Below, piece by piece: positions 1-12,682 of a DNA stretch of 64,000 nt. The DNA comes from Octopus vulgaris (Eukaryota), in assembly GCA_951406725.2 (NCBI GenBank), contig OX597838.1:41478001-41542000 (forward strand). Direction: 5' to 3'. Position 1 is the stretch's first letter. Each line of letters begins with the position of its first letter. Below the pieces are notes generated by a model. The model was not told the origin of the DNA. It did not search any database and saw nothing but the letters and a program-made list of their open reading frames with translations. Made by a program: the position numbers and the translations under genes.

Positions 1-143
1 GCATTAGGAAGGGCATCCAGCCGTAGAAACACTGCCAGATCAGACTGGGCCTGGTGCAGCCTTCTGGCTTCTCAGACCCCTGTTGAACCGTCCAACCCAT
101 GCTAGCATGGAAAGCGGACGCTAAACGACGATGATGATGATGA
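1..143 (+). mobile_element. SINE family D, 3' end with (GAT)n tail
   Basis: TTAGGAAGGGCATCCAGCCGTAGAAA...CCAACCCATGCTAGCATGGAAAGCGGACG..AAACGATGATG; nearly identical to 29150-29303. Confidence 0.85.
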
Positions 144-305
144 TAGATATACATGAGTAGAAATAAGGTACTCAGAAATCTGGATGGTTGTACATTTACA
201 GATTTTTATTAATATGTCACATGTTTTTATAACTCATATATTAGCGCTTGTATCCACTCTATACACACATGCATTGCATGCCATCATTGTACCTGCGATC
301 GTTAC

Positions 306-605
306 ATCATCATCATCATCATCGTCGTCATTTAACGTCCGTTCTCCATGCTAGCATGGGTTGGACGCTTCGACCGGGGATCTGGGAAGCCAGAAGGCTG
401 CCCCAGGCTCCAGTCTTATCTGGCAATGTTTCTACAGCTGGATGCCCTTCCTAACGCCAACCACTCCGTGAGTGTAGTGGGTGCTTTTTACGTGCCACCT
501 GCACTGGAGCCAGGCGAGGCTGGCATCGGCCACGGTCGGATTGGTGCATTTTACGTGCCACCTGCACGGAAGCCAGTCGCGGCAGCACTGGCTTCGGCCA
601 CGATT

Positions 606-609
<4 letters not shown>
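306..609 (-). mobile_element. SINE family D with two internal ~60-bp modules
   Basis: Reverse complement of family D; GGTGCTTTTTACGTGCCACC-like motif occurs twice. Confidence 0.85.
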
Positions 610-647
<38 letters not shown>

Positions 648-1320
648 TTATACACACATACATCAAAGTATGCAGTATTATGACTCAATTCCAGTTGATC
701 TTACCATTCAGTTTCACAACAGATATTAGGCAAGAGGATGGTTATCTAATAGATGCACTCTTTTGGGATGCTAGTTTTTTCTATACATGCCATCTCTGAA
801 GAGCATGTGTAGTAGACACTTTCCCGTTATCTAATATCCAGTGCAAAACCAATTGTCATAATCAGGTGTAATGGATCTATATCACATTAAACTTTGATTC
901 ATATCTTCACCTTACTGACGAATATGAGTGCCTTTTTGTTGCCATTTTTTTTTCTATACATGTCTCATGAGCACAGTTATTAAATAATTATCCAATAACC
1001 TAATATCTGGTGCAAAAGTAATTGATAAGATTGGCTTACCAGGATCTATAATCACAAGAGCTTTGATTAATATGTTCAAATATATATATATATAGAGAGA
1101 GAGGGGGGGAGAGAGACGCTGGGACTCACAGAGGGGATAACAGGGACCAAAACTCCTGGTGGTTTGCATTGCTTGGAAAGACATGCCAAGTTAAGTAAAA
1201 TTGAGGTTGCCCTTGCATACAGACATGTTCCCTGCATCCCTCTTCAGCTGAGTATCCCTAATCTTGCAGGCTCATAGGGGCTGTTCTGTGTAAAAGCACC
1301 CAGCAGACACCCAGTGGGAT

Positions 1321-1688
1321 GGAAGCACTCCGTCGGTTACGATGACGAGGGTTCCGGTTGATCCGATCAACGGAACAGCCTGCTCGTGAAATTAACGTGT
1401 AAGTGGCTGAGCAGTCCACAGACACGTGTACCCTTAACGTAGTTCTCGGGGATATTCAGCGTGACACAGAGAGTGACAAGGCCAGCCCTTTGAAATACAG
1501 GTACAACAGAAACAGGAAGTAAGAGTGAGAGAAAGTTGTGGTGAAAGAGTACAGCAGGGATCACCACCATCCCCTGCCGGAGCCTCGTGGAGCTTTTAGG
1601 TGTTTTCGCTCAATAAACACTCACAACGCCCGGTCTGGGAATCGAAACCGCGAGTCCGCTGCCCTAACTACTGGGCCATTGCGCCTCC
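1321..1688 (-). mobile_element. tRNA-derived SINE family B inserted in an older family D-like copy
   Basis: tRNA-like head (GGCGCAATGGCCCAGTAGTTAGGGCAGCGGACTCGCGGTTTCGATTCCC on minus); near-identical to 11308-11689; flanking duplication CAGACACCCAGT at 1304-1315 and 1690-1701. Confidence 0.88.
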
Positions 1689-2099
1689 ACAGACACCCAG
1701 TAAAGTGGTTGGTGTTAGGAAGGGCATCCAGCCACGGAAACCATGCCAAAACAGACAATAGGAACTTGAACAGCCCTTCAGCTGGTCAGCTCTTGTGGTA
1801 AGAAGCATGTCTCCCAACCACATGGTTCTGAGTTCAGTCCCACTGCATTGCACCTTAGGCAAATGTCTTCTATTATAGCCTTGAGCCAACTGATGCCTTG
1901 TGAGTGAATTTGGTAGGCAGAAAATGAAAGAAGCCTATTGTGTGTGTGTGTGTGTGTCCCACCACCACTTGACAACCGATGTTGGTGTGTTTAAATCCCA
2001 TAACTTAGTGGTTTGGCCAAAGAGACCCACGGAATAAGTACTAGGCTTAAAAGATAAGTCCTGGGGTCAATTTGTTCAGCTAAAACCCCTTCAAGGTGA

Positions 2100-2875
2100 T
2101 GCAAATTCATGCACTGTTTATCTTGATATGAAATCACCATGTTACGCACAAATGGTTGTGATGCATGTGCCTGGTGTACCTTTATTTGATGGGTAGTCAT
2201 GGTGGGAATATTGGGCTTCATATATTTGTTCCTCAGTGTCACTTTAATGGCATGCATTGCTCTCTCACTCAATGATAATAATAATAGTAATAATAACAAT
2301 AATAATGCCCTGATGCAGTACCAGGTAGTGGCTCTCATGGCTTCTGATCTTAACTGATTGGAAGTGTTATCATGTACATTGTTTTGTCTTGGTATAAAAG
2401 ATGGGCTACAGCAAATATTCTGCTCAATACCACAGATTTGCTTGTCAGTTGTTTGACCTTAACCAGTTGAGCATGTCCCTTAGTGGCTGACGATATGTGC
2501 ATCTCTGATCACGAGCAGTAGTAGTGGGGGAGCATCATGGCCATGTATTGAGAGGGATTCTTTGGGGTTTGAATAATTCACCTTTGGAAACGTGTTTCAT
2601 TCATCATCCTAAAGCAACCCTTATTCAGGGACCTTTTGAGCGGGATGGGCTACTCGACCTGAAGAAAATTCTAACTGGGCCCCACCTGCAAGGTCATGTG
2701 CAGTTTATCTTGATATGAGATCACCATGTTGCGCACATATGGTTGTGATGCATGTGCCTGGTGTACCCTTTATCAGACGGGTAGTCATGATGGGTATGCT
2801 GGGCTTCGTATATTTTACCCCAGTGTCACTTTGATGGCATGCACTGCTCTCTCACTCAATAATGATAATAATAAT
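2100..2875 (+). mobile_element. Two head-to-tail 5'-truncated copies of a retroelement 3' end with (AAT)n tails
   Basis: About 2110-2300 is repeated at about 2700-2875, both ending GCTCTCTCACTCAAT followed by AAT repeats. Confidence 0.6.
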
Positions 2876-3212
2876 CTTTTCTACTAAAGGCAAAGACCTG
2901 AAATTTGCAGGAAGGGTCTAGTTGAATATATGGAATGAAAGGCAAAGTCAACCTTGGTGGAATTTGAACTCAGAACATAAAGATGAACGATATGCCACAA
3001 AGTGTTTTACTGGGGATGTCAATGATTCTGTTGGTGGATTTCCCCAGTCACATTGAATACCATATGCAGAGAGATGGAGGGAGAGTAAAAGAGTGATACA
3101 AGAGATGCAGATGAGTATACATACTAGGCTTGGTGGCAAGTAAATGAGTCAGAGGATGCTACATGTGTAGCAGTGAGAAAGGGTCATACAAAGAGTGGAA
3201 AAGGAGGAAGGA

Positions 3213-3390
3213 GTAGCCACTACACACATTTTTTTTTCTCTCCTTGTTTTTTCTGTGTTCCTTTCTATAGAAGAGCGTAGGCTCGAAACGTAAAAGACTT
3301 TTTCTATTCCTGATCGTTATACTAATACATCTGTTTGTTTTGTACACCACCTGTCTTCATCTTTTGTTTTTTTCGTAAACTCTCCCTATA
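3213..3390 (+). repeat. Dispersed Penelope-like terminal repeat (second copy 55929-56105)
   Basis: About 175 bp nearly identical at both sites, ending in (TA)n and containing a hammerhead-like GAGC....GCTCGAAACGTA. Confidence 0.6.
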
Positions 3391-4380
3391 TATATATACA
3401 CACATGCATATATTTATATTGAGAGAAAGAGAGAAAAAGGTGAGTGTGTGTGTGTGTGTTTATGAAAACTTCCATATAAAATCAACATGAAACGTAATTT
3501 TTTCACTTTTGTTTTATTTTTTCAATATTGTTTTCTTTAATTTTATTTTAACAAAATTAATATTTTTCCTTTGAAAATTAGTGTCCATTTCATTTTGTAA
3601 GATTAGAACCGTAGATGGTCAAGCTGCTGCTGCTGGGGGCCAACTTGTAATCAGTGTGGAATGACTTGCAGGCCTTAGAAGACATATGAGATGTCATCAA
3701 TGTTGAGGGGACGAAATGTGAGGAGTTTCTTAGAGTGAAATGGGTTTAGGAAGTAGTCTTACTTGGTCACTGGCACTGGTGGGGGTCACCAAAGACAAAT
3801 ATCCTTTGAGATGGTGGGGCATTGGAGGAGGTGGCCGTGTACCAGGTGATGAGAGTTAGAGTGTGACAGAGGGATAGAAACAGGTGTGTCACTGTAGAGG
3901 AGATATATGGTTACCCAGCCAGAGGGAGAGAGAGCAAGAGAAAGGGAGAGAGCAAAAAGGGTGAGAGTGCAAGAGAGAGTGGGAGAGAGATGGCAGGGAA
4001 GTGCCAGGTCATATCTTCAAGGTACAGGGATCAGAATATAAACAGGATGGTAGAGTAGAGCAAGAAAGGGATAGATGCCAGGGCTTGCCCTCCAGGTATG
4101 GGGTGACAGAGTATTGGCCAGGCTGCATGAGTAGGAAGTAAGGACTTCACATGAATGCAGAAAGGGGAGGGGAGGGGAATGCAGTCACTAGGGAAATGTG
4201 GGTATTTAGAGGCGGGGAGGGACAACAGGATGGCAATGATAGAGTAAGGGGCAGAGTCGACAGGATTGGGGAGCGAGAGATAAGTATAAGCATAGCACAT
4301 GAAGAAGCAGAAATGTGAGGAAGAGAAGAGGAGATGTAAGTTGGTTTGTTAGTGTAGGATGTGTGAAATAAATGCATATG

Positions 4381-4422
<42 letters not shown>

Positions 4423-4433
<11 letters not shown>

Positions 4434-5030
4434 AATAAACTGTCGTCTAAATTATGCAAAAATGAGAATAACACTGACATCTCATTTTAACAGATATATT
4501 TACCAAAATTACATGAAAATATCATGAAATACTAAAGAGTAAAATTATTCAATAAAATCGCCATTGGCCTCAACTACAGCCTCCAGACGACTTTCTTCAT
4601 GGTCTCCTTGTTTAAGTTGGTGGATGCTGCCGTAATCCTTGCCTTCAGTTCATCTTTGGTGTTACAAGGAGTTTTGTTGGGCTCTCACTCAACTGCACCC
4701 CACACATAATAATGAAGGGGTTTGCAGTTTTTGGGAATTAGGTGGCCAGATGCTAGGGGTGATGTGGTCGCAAAAATTGCCTGACAGCCATGACTGAGTT
4801 CTCCTGCTTGTGTGGCATGGTGCAGAGTCCTGTTGCTAGACACAGAGTCTTCCAGCAGCCACCCTCTTGACCAGAGCAGCACTACCTCCTCCAGCTACTT
4901 GATGTAGGCCTCCATGTTTAGTCTGAGACTGTGTGGGAAGATGAATGGAGGCATAATGTTGCCATCACTAGTAATCACTTCAAGCACCATGATGTTGACT
5001 GGATGTTTGATTTTTATCACTCTCGGTACA
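4423..5030 (-). mobile_element. Decayed Tc1/mariner (maT-like) transposase 3' half with terminal sequence
   Basis: Minus-strand frameshifted translation gives QQDSAPCHTSRRTQSWLS...IWPPNS...PLHYYVWGAVERETNK...RLEAVVEANGDFIE*, typical of the DDD/E catalytic C-terminus. Confidence 0.85.
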
Positions 5031-5317
5031 TGTCCTCAGATTGACACCCAAACACTTTGAAATGATCATATTGGAGCTTCAAGCACAAATGCCAAGCAGT
5101 ACAGCATGTCGTATCCAAATTTCTGGCTAGAGTGAATTGCATCATGGTGCTGTTCTTACAGACGGTGCCCAACTGACCCTACTACACTATGTAGTCAACA
5201 AAATAAAAAAAAAACAACGTACATGCATGAAATTAAAAATATAAAATAGCAACAATTTACCCATTGCACCCTCTGTGTGTGTGTGTGTGTGTACATATAC
5301 ATATATATATACATACA

Positions 5318-5700
5318 CTAGCAGTATCGCCCGGCGTTGCTCAGGTTTGTAAGGGAAATAACTATAAAGCATTTTTAGAGAGTTATAGCCAAAAAATAAC
5401 AAAAAAATGGAAAAAAATTATGGTAAATTTTTTTTTTACTTAAAAAAGGTGGAGTTGCGTCCCCTAGACAGTTTGCGGTTTGTGTTTCTGATTCTCGACC
5501 CCATGTCGAATTTATCGATTTTTTTCAGAACTGGGGGAACTTTTCAAAATTTTTGCTGCGTTAGTTTTGAATTATGACATTGGGCTATGTGTGTGTCAAG
5601 TTTCATCAGAATCGGTTGAAAGCCGTGGTCAGGGTGAGGGTACAAGCAAACAGACACACAGAAACACGCACAGACAAACTGCCGTTTATATAGAGAGAGA
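5318..5700 (-). mobile_element. Non-autonomous Helitron
   Basis: Minus strand starts TCTCTCTCTATATAAA and ends with a GC hairpin (CCTGAGCAACGCCGGG) then CTAG|T; about 200 bp shared with 39740-39942. Confidence 0.75.
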
Positions 5701-5740
5701 TACATACATACATACATACATACATACATACATACATACA

Positions 5741-5772
<32 letters not shown>

Positions 5773-5966
5773 GTTATGGGATTTAAACACACCATATATA
5801 TAACATTTTCTGTCTGACAATTCCTCTAATCAGAAATTCCTTTCATGTCTTACAAGGAAATCTTTGTTATTCCTATTAGCAAATGAAATACATGTAATGG
5901 AGAATAAATGATACCAAAATATTTCCATCATTTTCTTGTTTTGTTTTGTATAAATATGTAAACGTG

Positions 5967-6000
<34 letters not shown>

Positions 6001-6891
6001 GCTGTATCCTTGTGTTGACACTGTGTGATAGTCATGCAAGCAGTGTCCTCCATTTGCAATCTTCTTTGAAGAAATGTCTGACTATGGAGAAATATTATCA
6101 TTCTTGGAAACAGGCAAAGCTGGTGACAGGAAGAGCATCCACTTGCAGAAGATCTGCTTCAACCAACTCCATCCAACCCAATACAAGCTTTGAAAAGAGG
6201 GCATTAAATGACAACGGTGACATACTAAGAGCCATGTTGAACCATTCCAACTGATGAAGGTTGTGCCATGTGAAATCCTGTTTCTCTAAACAGAAAGCAT
6301 GATTAGACATTCCTGGGACATGCTTTCTCCAGTCAGTTATGTCTGTTGATTTCTATATTATCTTTCCTGCTCGGAGAAAGAGGATTTCCCATGAAACCAT
6401 CCTGTTACTTTTTGAGGTCAAATATAGTTTTCAACTCTTTAATATTTTCGCTGTTTTATGATTAAAATGATTTTATGATCCAGCCTTTCACACTTGCCCT
6501 GCAATGTCATTCTAAAAGTAAACAATCACATTGTCAAAAAACCAAAGTTACAAGATGATAAATATGAAAATAAGGTGAATTAATAAGAATTACATTTGAG
6601 AGATTAATCTTAAAATGTTGCATTCGAATTATATCCGCTCCGCCTCTTTGTATTCGTCTGATTAAGGGTAGCTTTTCTTCTGAGTTTTGGACCCTCTTCA
6701 GACACGCATGGTTGTGCAAGTTAAGAAGCCCATTTTGCACTGATGATGGTTCTCAGGTCAGTCTCACAGGGACGCAACACATTGGCCAAATCTACCATAG
6801 CCCAAGACTGACCAATGTCTTGTGGATGAATTTGGGAGAAAGAAACTGTGTAGAGGCCTATCTTATGTGAGTGTGTCTTTGTGTTTGTGCC

Positions 6892-6935
6892 CTAGGTAGG
6901 TAGGTAGGTAGACAGATAGATAGATAGAGAGAGAG

Positions 6936-7024
<89 letters not shown>

Positions 7025-7071
7025 TACAGATAGATAGATATATAGATAGATAGGTATACAGATAGATATAC

Positions 7072-7140
<69 letters not shown>

Positions 7141-7183
7141 TACAGATAGATATACAGATAGATAGATAGATAGATAGTTATAC

Positions 7184-7232
<49 letters not shown>
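6892..7232. repeat. (GATA)n compound microsatellite
   Basis: Directly visible tandem array. Confidence 0.97.
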
Positions 7233-8084
7233 TGTTTCTTTATTAGCCACACAGGGCTGCACACAGACCGGACAAAATTACAAGGTAGAGCTTTTCTTTT
7301 GGGGGTAAAAGAAGGGGGGTTGGTTTTCGATCAAAAGGGATCGTAAATGGAAAGAAAGAGGACAAAAGGGGGGGGGGGGTAAAATAAAATAAATAAAAAA
7401 AAGATAGATAGATAGATAGGGAGAGAGAGATGTATTTATATGTAAACAGACTCAAACATACATATATACATAGATACATACATACACACATACATATATA
7501 CACACATACACACATACATATATACACATACACACGTACATCCATACATACACACATACATACATACATGCATACATACAGGCAGACATACATGCATACA
7601 TACACACATACCTAGACATTCATACACACACACACGTACGTACGTATGTATATACGTGAGTATGACCATGTAATAAACGTATGTATGTAGCTGGAAGACA
7701 ACACTGTTCAAACGCAATAATGGATTTCATTTTCGTCTCCGATGACGGAGGCGTCCCTCTTTGTGCTACTCCGAGTTCCTCGTTTCCGTTCCGAATGTTT
7801 TCTTTATAGAAAACAACTATCGATTTCTGACACTGTATCTATTTATCGATTTCTCCGTCTGTCTATTTGTTTTATCTCTGTCTATCTAGCTGCCTCAACC
7901 CACTACATTGTATCAGCGTAAGAGTCTCCATATGAGCCTTCCATTTACTAGAAATATCAACCAAATCACCGATGGCCTTCCTTATCATGCACTCCTTCTA
8001 CCACTAACTTTTTTTTTTTCTTTCTAATTATATATTTAAGCTTCGAATTTTTATGCTTTGAACATCATTTATTCAAAATTTGCG

Positions 8085-8138
<54 letters not shown>

Positions 8139-8210
8139 GTGATGGTGATGGTGATGATGATGATGATGATAACGATGACGGTGATGAGGATGATGATGAT
8201 GATGATGATG
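8085..8210. repeat. (AAT)n/(GAT)n microsatellite
   Basis: Directly visible. Confidence 0.95.
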
Positions 8211-8529
8211 GCATTAGATAATTATATTCATCTGTACGTGTGATCGTTTCGTTGAATGGATTTCGGTTTTTGTATGAAGCCCAAATCTCTCTTTCTCTCT
8301 TGACATTTCATCATGTGGTGTAGAACTGACAAACGATAAACTCCCAGATCGGGGTTATTTATTAATCGTTTAGTGTTGTTGAAGATTTTACGAAAACCTG
8401 CTAAATCTCCTCCAAATTATATTCTGCTGTCTTAGAATTTAAAAAAACGGATATTGGATGATGTAGTCCGCTGCCAATGTGTGTATATATAAAGATTAAA
8501 AAAAAAAACAGACATGGAATGAGATTGTC

Positions 8530-8643
8530 ATTTGCCTTTCATCCTTTCGGGGTCGATCAAATAAATACCAGTTGAGCCCCGGAGTAGACGTAGTCAACTG
8601 ACCCCGCCCACGAAATTACTGGCCTTATGCCAAAATTTGAAAC

Positions 8644-8700
<57 letters not shown>

Positions 8701-8943
8701 CGTCGTCATCATCATCATTATTAAAGCGGCGAGCTGGTAGAATCGTTAACACACCGTGCGAAATGCTAAGCAGTATTTCGTCTGTCTTTACGTTCTGAGT
8801 TCAAATTCCACCGAGGTCAACTTTGCCTTTCATCCTTTCTACATCGATAAGTTAAGTACCAGTTGCGTACTGGAGTCGATCTAATCTACTGGCCCCCTCC
8901 CAAAAAATTTCGAGCCTTGTGCCTAGAGTAGAAAAGATTATTA

Positions 8944-8977
<34 letters not shown>

Positions 8978-9450
8978 GGCAGCAAGCTGACAGAAGCTTT
9001 AACATGCTGGGCGAAATGCTAAACATTATTTCATCTGATGCTACGTTCTGAGTTCAAATACTGCCGAGATCCACTTTGCCTTTCATCTTTTCGGGGTCGA
9101 TAAATTAAGTACCAGTTGAGTACTGCGCCATATTTTGCCTGTCACTACGTTCTGAGTTCAAATTTTGTCTTTCGCTACGTTCTGAGTTCAAATTCCACCA
9201 AGGTCAACTTTACCTTTCATCCTCTCGGGGTCGATAAACTAAGTACCAGTTATGCACTGGGGTTGACGTAATCAACTATTCCGTTCCCTCAAATTTCAGG
9301 CCTTGTACTATTATTATTATTTACAAATTCTGTGATGGTTGACTTTGCCTTTCATCCCTTTCGGAGAAAATTAAATAAATACCAGTTGAGAACTGGGGTC
9401 AGTTTGAATTCCCCATGCGTCACAATTGCTAACCTTACACCAAAATAACA
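8530..9450 (+). mobile_element. Cluster of tandem SINE family C copies (tRNA-like head, Meta/MESC-like core) separated by (ATT)n tails
   Basis: Repeated GGCGAGCTGG(C/T)AGAATCGTTA...GTTCTGAGTTCAAATTCC...CTTTGCCTTTCATCCTTTCGGGGTCGATAAATTAAGTACCAG. The core assignment is from remembered similarity to MetaSINE/Sauria-type cores. Confidence 0.8.
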
Positions 9451-9920
9451 AAAAAAAAATTATTATTAACATTAGCCATTATTAGTATTATATTATTACG
9501 GAGATGTACTTGCATAGCGAGTGACTTGATCTGAGATTGTGTGCTGGAACGAAAACAATTGCAGTGTGGATGGTGGTTTATAAGCTATTTGAGAAACACA
9601 CAAAAACCATTAGATTCACTTCAACATTTAAGTTTAATTTGCCAAAATATTTTCGGTGCTTTCAGACAGTGACCTGTTCACTGACAAAGCTTCGTGCTGT
9701 ATCTATTATATTAGTTATTGTTATTACTGTTATTTTACTTCTGTTTTGTTTTTTTCCTGATTGGGTGGATTGTCATAGTCCAAACCATCTCCTCTTCAGA
9801 GTTACTGTACCCATTAAGTTACGATTATTAAGCTAATCAAGTTCTTTATTTCAAACCAAACTAAGTAATATAGACGTCAAATTTGGGCAAAATCTGTTGA
9901 AATTAGTTATATTATATATA

Positions 9921-10313
9921 GGCGCAGGAGTGGCTGTGTGGTAAGTAGCTTGCTAACCAACCACATGGTTGCAGGTTCAGTCCCACTGTGTGGCATCTTG
10001 GGCAAGTGTCTTCTGCTATAGCCCCAGGCCGACCAATGCCTTGCGAGTGGATTTCGTAGACGGAAACTGAAAGAAGCCTGTCGTATATATGTATATATAT
10101 ATGTGTGTGTGTTTGTGTGTCTGTGTTTGTCCCCCTAGCATTGCTTGACAACCGATGCTGGTGTGTTTACGTTCCCGTCACTTAGCGGTTCGGCAAAAGA
10201 GACCGATTGAATAAATACTGGGCTTACAAAGAATAAGTCCCGGGCTCGACTAAAGGCGGTGCTCCAGCATGGCCACAGTCAAATGACTGAAACAAGTAAA
10301 AGAGTAAAAGAGT
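9921..10313 (+). mobile_element. Full-length tRNA-derived SINE family A
   Basis: A-box-like TGGCTGTGTGGTAAG, B-box-like GGTTCAGTCCC, internal (TA)/(TG) microsatellite, (AGTAAAAG)n tail; many near-identical copies in the window. Confidence 0.9.
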
Positions 10314-11307
10314 ATATATATATAATATAAATATATATGGGCAACAGACACAAACACAAATACACACATACGTACGTACGTACACCTATTGAACATGTGC
10401 ATGCATACATATTCATAAACAGAAATGAATGGAAAAAATGTTGTTAAATTTGTAGATTAACACTCGCACGATTTTCACTAAAGTATATATGATTATATGA
10501 TTATAAAATGATTATAAAATATAGTGTCTTTGAAAAACAAAAAACAAAACATTTTACATTTTACGTCATCACTTACTCTCTCTGTCTCTCCCTCTCTCAC
10601 TTTGTCTTTCCTGTGAAACTCTCTGCCTCCTTCTTCCACTTTTCTTTATCTTTTTTTTTTGTTAGACGCCATCAAAAAAGCCAAGGCTGATATTTTTCGT
10701 GGCTAAAAGCTATGTCTGAAAATAGATATTTACGCTATCTACGGGTGCCTTGGGGAAAAAAATAAGTTAACAAAACCCAGATAGGATGTTGACAAATGTC
10801 CTCCTAAAATTTGAGTGACATGCATGCTAATTTGTGGACGTGGATAAATTACAATCACGTACACACACGCACACACACATCATGCGTTTTATAGATATGA
10901 TATGTTTGGTGGGCAAGACAGAATGATGAGAAAAGGAAAATGGGGGGGGGAAAGCTATACAGACTGAGTGGTCTAAGTCAAGAAAGAGTGACAGGAGGAG
11001 GAGAAGGAATGCGGGCGAGAGAGAGGTGGGAGCTGAGGTAAAGAACATGTGATGGAATCTATGTCAATAATGGGTGGTGGGGAGTAATGTTTGTGTGTGA
11101 GAGGGAGAGGACTGAATGATAGCCAGAAAGACAGACCAGGGTTAATCACCCTATTATAATTCTATTCCTTTATTTCTATATTAATTCCTGCCACTCGTTA
11201 GTAAATGTTGTTTCCTTCTTACAAGTCCACAAAACTTATTCTGGCAAGGGTTGCACAGTTTGACCGAAGCTGGCGAGTAAGAAGATGACACTAAACTCTG
11301 TATATAT

Positions 11308-11689
11308 GGAAGCACTCCATCGGTTACGACGACGAGGGTTCCGGTTGATCCGAATCAACGGAACAGCCTGCTCGTGAAATTAACGTGTAAGTGGCTGAGC
11401 AGTCCACAGCCACGTGTACCCTTAACATAGTTCTCGGGGATATTCAGCGTGACACAGAGAGTGACAAGGCCGGCCCTTTGAAATACAGGTAAAACAGAAA
11501 CAGGAAGTAAGAGTGAGAGAAAGTTGTGGTGAAAGAGTACAGCAGGGACCACCACCATCCCCTGCCGGAGCCTCGTGGAGCTTTAGGTGTTTTCGCTCAA
11601 TAAACACTCACAACGCCCGGTCTGGGAATCGAAACCGCAATCCTATGACCGCGAGTCCGCTGCCCTAACCACTGGGCCATTGCGCCTCC
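11308..11689 (-). mobile_element. Full-length SINE family B
   Basis: Near-identical to 1321-1688; probable TSD TCTGTATATAT at 11297-11307 and 11693-11703. Confidence 0.9.
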
Positions 11690-11717
11690 ACTTCTGTATA
11701 TATACACACACACACGC

Positions 11718-11750
<33 letters not shown>

Positions 11751-11967
11751 TGCACACACACATATACATTGTGTTGAGTCAAAAGTTTTGTGATGTTTTG
11801 GTAACCTATTTGCTTTATTCATTGAGTTATAACAAAGGAGCCTAGCATATGAAGCAGAGGCCATCGTGTGGCATTGTCTGAAGCCACCTTTCTGCAAGTT
11901 CTTGTCCTTCAATACAAAGAACTTAATTCGTAGCCATTAGTGAACTCGATGGAAAATTCATACAAAA

Positions 11968-12127
11968 GGCGCAGGAGTGGCTGTGTGGTAAGTAGCTTGC
12001 TAAACAACCACATGGTTCCGGGTTCAGTCCCACTGCGTGGCATCTTGGGCAAGTGTCTTCTGCTATAGCCCCGGGCCGACCAATGCCTTGTGAGTGGATT
12101 TGGTAGACGGAAACTGAAAGAAGCCTG

Positions 12128-12190
<63 letters not shown>

Positions 12191-12421
12191 TGTGTGTCTG
12201 TGTTTGTCCCCCTAGCATTGCTTGACAACCGATGCTGGTGTGTCTACATCCCCGTCACTTAGCAGTTCGGCAAAAGAGAGACCGATAGAATAAGTACTGG
12301 GCTTACAAAGAATAAGTCCCGGGGTCGAGTTGCTCGACTAAAGGCGGTGCTCCAGCATGGCCGCAGTCAAATGACTGAAACAAGTAAAAGAGAGTAAAAG
12401 AGAGTAAAGAGTAAAGAGTAA
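11968..12421 (+). mobile_element. Full-length SINE family A
   Basis: Same structure as 9921-10313. Confidence 0.9.
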
Positions 12422-12637
12422 AATATGAATGAGGTAAATAACAGCTGATATAATAATCATTCCTACTAATAACGTAGAGGCGCAATGGCCTAGTGGTTAG
12501 GGCAGCGGACTCGCGGTCGCAGGATCGCGGTTTCGATTCTCAGACTGGGCGTTGTGTGTGTTTATTGTGCGAAAACACCTAAAAAGCTCTACGAGGCTCC
12601 GGCAGGGGTAACTGGATGTAGATGTATGTGTAAGTGA

Positions 12638-12682
<45 letters not shown>

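Noticed and set aside
670-1080. Possible ancient non-LTR RT remnant on the minus strand
   Set aside because: Only a vague resemblance (DPGKPILSITF); too decayed to support.
6858-7717. ORFs rich in YI/CV/HT/LSIY repeats here and throughout the window
   Set aside because: Translations of microsatellites.
9921-9995. tRNA genes at SINE heads (also 11620-11689, 12478-12550, 32112-32180)
   Set aside because: They have A/B boxes but no convincing cloverleaf and are attached to SINE bodies.
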